Program-made: the position numbers and the translations under genes
NCBI GenBank assembly: GCA_000708835.1
Contig: DF237345.1
Coordinates: forward strand, 22,221 to 86,220
Origin: Klebsormidium nitens
Lineage: Eukaryota > Plantae > Klebsormidiophyceae
DNA length: 64,000 nucleotides
Reading direction: 5' to 3'
Part shown: in pieces, positions 59,460 through 64,000 of the stretch
How the letters are laid out: every line of letters begins with the position of its first letter
Numbering within the stretch: the stretch's first letter is position 1
The notes under the pieces: generated by a model
Databases searched by the model: none
Told to the model about the DNA's origin: nothing
Seen by the model: the letters and a program-made list of their open reading frames with translations, nothing else

Positions 59460-60883
59460 CGGGGCGCGAGGAGGAACCGTGACGTGTGGGGACTGGCGTT
59501 TGATGAGAAGGATTCCAGATTGACTTGTACGTCGATGTCGAGTGTCGTGCAATGTAGATTAGCGTAATGTTGGAGAGAAGGTGAAGGGATGTGAAGGGGT
59601 TTCTGGAGTCGGCCCACCTGTTGTGTCAGTGCCTTTCGGCCCTCTAGTTAATAGACTTCTGTGAAAGTCGTTGGGCTGCCGCACTGCCCCTGGCTTGTTT
59701 CATGCATTAAGGTCGCCCAGTTCCCCGCCCCAGCTGGTACTTAGCATTGAAAGAATGTAATAAGTGACATAATAGTGAAACTTCAATTTCACACTTTTTC
59801 TAGGGGTGTGGTTTTTTCTGCAAGGTATATCAGCTTTGATACAAATCATCGTTTAACCCGTGCATGGGTTGCCGCGTGGTTTCACTGAGTGACTAGATTC
59901 CAAAGTTGGGCTTGTTGGTTATTTTCTGCCTCGGACACTTGGGCTTCCCATGGACATGTTGCATGCATGCTCTTGGCGCGTACATGGAGTCGAGGTGTCC
60001 GATAGCTTGGCTAGAGCTGAAACTTGTTGAAGTTCCACTGAAGTAGAGCTACCGCCATTGCATGGTGGTACTGCATGTATGATAGCAATGATCATGTGCA
60101 TTATGCAGCATGAGCATCCATGAATATGCATGCTGGCATCAGCTGCATGCACTCCTTCTAATAAATTAACTCTGAAGCTGCCTTCAATGGTGCATATGTC
60201 CGGCCTATTGAAGCGCCCGAGCCTAGCGCATGATCTGGCCCATAGAGCCGCGCCATGCATATACCCGGGCAGATCGCGGCACACGCCATGTACATAAAAC
60301 TGGAACAATCAAAACAAATGCAATGCAAAGCCGCGGCAACTTGGCCCGCTACTGAACGCGTGAAATCCAGGTATTCTCGGGTCAATCACAGCTGCATATG
60401 CATGAGTATATATTAGAGCCCTGGCTATAAGGTTGGTCATGGTGACAATTGGAAGGCGTCAAGACCAATAGTACGTGGTCGCTCACCACATCACTTAAGC
60501 TGGCCTCCCGGCACTGGCATGCATAGGCGGGAGAGCCTGAGGCCAGCGCGTGTCACCAAACTGGTTCCATACATGGAGTTCCAAGCGCCAGGACCAGAGG
60601 GCGGGCTGTATCATGCCATCAATTCTCATATCATGGCCGGGCTAGGAGATTGAAGCGTTTGACATCTCTAAGGATGGCCAATGCAATCGTAAAACGTATA
60701 GTTACACTTGCAAGCCAAAATCCAACAACTTGTGATATGATGTGCTCTGAAGGGCACACCACCCACTGCACTTGACGTCCCGTAAGCTGCCTAATAACAA
60801 TGTGATTTCGAAACGATTAGAGTCACTCCCAAAGCTCAGAGAAACCCTATATACACCCAGAAGTTCTCTCGTGGAATTGATCG

Positions 60884-62819
60884 TCATGTATTTACAGGCG
60901 GTATCGCCTCAGACTCGGAGACCAGCTGCAACAACACCTTCGCCGCAGGCTCCCTTACACGCATCTCTTTCAAAGCCTCTGATGTCAGCAGCGCATCCAG
61001 GCCCGGCACGTCCTGAAGACCGAGGAGCATGCCAATTTCCCTTGCTGCCTGGTGCTCCTTTCCTGAGCCAGCCAGAAACCCGGCTAGTCTTGGAAGACTC
61101 TCTGGCGTTTCCACAAACTCGTCCCACCAGGTCGACGCGTCGTAAAGGTACATGTCCACGCGGCGGAACTCAAGTCGTACAAGTCTCTCTATGAAGCCAG
61201 GAACGTCCGCAAGATTAACACCGATTGGGAGGGGGAGACTGCACAGTGCCCTGAATGCCTCCATATGTGTGTCGGCACTAGGGTGGTGAAGAAAGATGCC
61301 CATCAATGCCCAGAAAAGATTCGGCACCTTGCTGATTGCGTCTTTCTGAGCGCCGTTTGCAGCATACATCAACAGACTCCCCAACAAACCCACCGCCTTG
61401 CTTTGGACTTCGTGGCTCTCGCTCTGAGCAAGCTGCACTATCTTAACCAACACATCTGGTCCTAACTCAAAGATGGTTATGCACTGTTCCCCCGAGTCCA
61501 AAGCGTCCAGCGCACAAATCTGAGTCTGCTCCCTTTCGCTGTTGAGAAGGGCCCCTAGGTGCCTTGCAGCTTCATCAGACTGGTCACCTGTTAGCCTACT
61601 CTCGACCTGACCATAACACATCAATTCTGCTGCCATTTCCTGTAGTAGAGCATGAGAGCTCCCCAGGAGCTTTACTAAGCTCTCTGTGCAGCCAGGCACG
61701 TTGAGCAATCGATGGTCCACTTCCCCGTTCTCCATCATGTGACCAAACAGCTGGATCAAGCTCGCCAAAGCATTCGCAAGCTCAGCCAGATCCTCGTTGC
61801 TGAGTTCCCCAAGGAGCTTCTCAAGGGCCTTTCTGTCGCAGTCCTTTTGTGGAGGGAGCACCTCTTTCATGAGCCTAGGCAGCCCAACACCGCGCACCCA
61901 GGCTATAGCACCAGCCCTCACACCCGGCTCAGGAAGTCCAACATTGTTGCTGACTGGGAGCTTAGTAGCGGGGCAGCTCATATTCCTCTGCAACCAGAAC
62001 TCAATGCCCTTGCGATGGTACGGGATCCCAGTCTCGAGGACGAGAGGGTCCAAGAGCAATGCACCCGTAAGAGGACAGCAGAGCCTCTCAGGTGGAGCGA
62101 TCCCGTGTGGGAAGACTCGCCCAACTCCCAACCCCAAGAGGAAATCAGCTGCTTCTTTAACACGGGTTGACTCTTCATGTCCTATTCTCCCCCATACATC
62201 GACCCCACACCCCTGCCAAACAGCAGGCAGACCGTCAGCTCCTTTGGAGAAGGCGTTGGCGCCCGGCTCATCAACCCACTCCACGAACTCTGCCACCTCC
62301 GCTTGACTCTCTGACAACCGACTCCATGATAAACATGCAGACCTCCTCAGTCTCCTCCAAATCAAGGAGCACGGCCCCTTCAGGAATGGCATCTGTTGCC
62401 CGCTCGTCCACGCACAGTGGAGAAGTGTCCTGCAGGCGTCTCCTCAGGTTCTTCAGCGGCATCCGATGCTCCCGGGGAATCGACTCGATGAGCTCCCCAT
62501 CTCCCAGGCAAAGGCAGATGCGCCCGTTAGAATCCAGAATCTCGTCTCCAAGTCGAGCATACGAAATGACCTTCGCCACCAGATTCTTCCTAGTACTGCA
62601 CTTCTGCAACGTCTTATACACCTGCACAAAGAGTTCAAGCAGCCCTTTCAGCTGCTTTTGTGCAGTTGGCTTGCTTTCTTCAAGGAACTGGCTCAAAAAC
62701 TCCAGCCTGCTCACCAGCTCCTCTGCCTTGCCTTTGTGAAACGCTAGACCCCCCCTCAAGTCCCTGATTGCACCCAAAGAATCCCTGCAAGCTGCAAGGA
62801 GCACCTCTGCAGACGCCAT
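60884..62819 (-). CDS. Plant U-box/ARM-repeat E3 ligase-like protein with an N-terminal helical-bundle domain; one frame discontinuity near 62271-62392
   Basis: ORF 62819-62271 encodes a helical N-terminal domain (AEELVSRLEFL...LQKCSTRK...DEILDSNGRI). Overlapping ORF 62392-60884 encodes a U-box (PPERLCCPLTGALLLDPLVLETGIPYHRKGIEFWLQRNMSCPAT) followed by ARM-like repeats. The two ORFs are in different frames. Confidence 0.75.
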
Positions 62820-62884
62820 GCTTCCTTCCGCCCCCGTCCTTGCAATTGTCTCAAATCCTCCTTAATTCAACTCAAACCTCTACA

Positions 62885-63290
62885 CTAGGCCGTCCGAATT
62901 ATATTTCCGGTTTCCTGTCCACCCCCTCCGGGGCTGGGTCGGTCGGTCGGAAGAATATAATAAATATTCCTCAGAGGATGGTAAGGGTTATTTTGGCGGA
63001 TATCAGCGTTACCGCTCTCGTTTGACTTCCATAAGGCCTCTACCGGTACGCACCATGCGTTTTCCCTAGCGTTGGTAGTGAACCTGGACGTTACACCGGG
63101 GTACAAACCTTTCAGAGTATCCATGTTGACTGATTGCGTCTAATTGTCAAACCAAATTCCCGTTTTCGGATGACAAATATCGGTTTTGACTTCCATAGTT
63201 TCAGAATATTTTATCAGCCGACTCGGTTATTCCTCAGAATTTGGGTCCGTCGGGGACAGGAAACCGCCAATCAAATTCGGACGGCCCTAG
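62885..63290. mobile_element. MITE-like element (~405 bp) immediately upstream of the U-box gene
   Basis: Imperfect ~36-bp terminal inverted repeats: ctaggccgtccgaatt-atatttc-cggtttcctgtcc (62885-62920) versus ggacaggaaaccg-ccaatca-aattcggacggccctag (63254-63290). The interior is AT-richer with no credible ORF. Confidence 0.75.
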
Positions 63291-63431
63291 GTACACGTGC
63301 TAAACTTTAGCTACCTACATCGTCGTCAGCTGAGCGTTTGGGTGACATTGACACTGCAGCTTTAGTCAGGCAGCTGTAGAACTGCGGTACGTAAAACATG
63401 AACCGTCTACCAACACACCCTCACATAGTCC

Positions 63432-63700
63432 TACACACTTTCTCAGGCTTTGGGGAAGGTCGGCGAGGGCCCGGCCCATGCCGCTGCGCTTTCAAAGAAG
63501 TGTGAATTATCGAAAGATACATATGGCAAGCTGCTTTTGGAAGAACCAGAAGAACTGCTTGGGAGGTACACACTTTCTCAGGCTTTGGGGAAGGTCGGCG
63601 AGGGCCCGGCCCATGCCGCTGCGCTTTTAAAGAAGTGTGAATTATCGAAAGATACCTATGGCAAGCTGCTTTTGGAAGAACCAGAAGAACTGCTTGGGAG
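63432..63700 (+). repeat. Near-perfect 135-bp (45-codon) tandem duplication
   Basis: Copies start at 63432 and 63567 (tacacactttctcaggctttggggaagg...). Each reads in frame as YTLSQALGKVGEGPAHAAAL(S/L)KKCELSKDTYGKLLLEEPEELLGR. Confidence 0.9.
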
Positions 63701-64000
63701 ATATAGAAGGCCGCCGCTGTAACGCTGTACACTGTACAGGTTGGTCTGGCATCTGCACTTGGGCGCCGTATACCGTAGGTAGTCGATGGCGCGCGCTGAG
63801 CACTCCGATTCAGATTACCCCGGTGAGTCTGACGTCACTGTATGACACTGCCAGATCACAACGCACACGTTTACGGTTTCGGCACTGACTGTTGACACCT
63901 TGTACCTACTGTAGTCTGTGGTCTGTACCTAATACCTACCGGTAGGTACCGTACCTACGTTTTTTTTTTTTTTTTGGGGTTGACCGTCTGGCACATGCAA

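Noticed and set aside
63960-63975. Poly-T run as a possible retroelement tail
   Set aside because: It lies at the window edge; no target-site duplication or element body can be assessed.

Overview
Eukaryotic, intron-rich nuclear DNA with GC-rich exons and GT-AG introns. The gene content (HD-ZIP IV, presenilin, senescence-domain and U-box/ARM genes) suggests a streptophyte alga such as Klebsormidium; this is an inference. Eight multi-exon or long-ORF genes were reconstructed by hand from splice sites and reading phase: a NUFIP1-like gene with a very large Gly/Gln-rich N-terminus (-), presenilin (+), an EamA/SLC35F-like transporter (-), a YwrD-type gamma-glutamyltranspeptidase (+), a secreted dirigent/allene-oxide-cyclase-like protein (-), a senescence/spartin-domain protein (+), an HD-ZIP IV transcription factor (+) and a U-box/ARM protein (-). 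There is also a small hydrophilic protein gene (-) and a candidate same-strand zinc-ribbon gene nested in a GGT intron. Two MITE-like elements, several palindromic or tandem repeats and two stop-interrupted relic frames are present. The most striking unexplained structure is a recurring 'splice-junction echo': at nine or more exon/intron junctions in three genes, the intron carries 1-5 decaying tandem copies of the neighbouring exon end plus its splice site. No rRNA, tRNA or CRISPR array was recognised.
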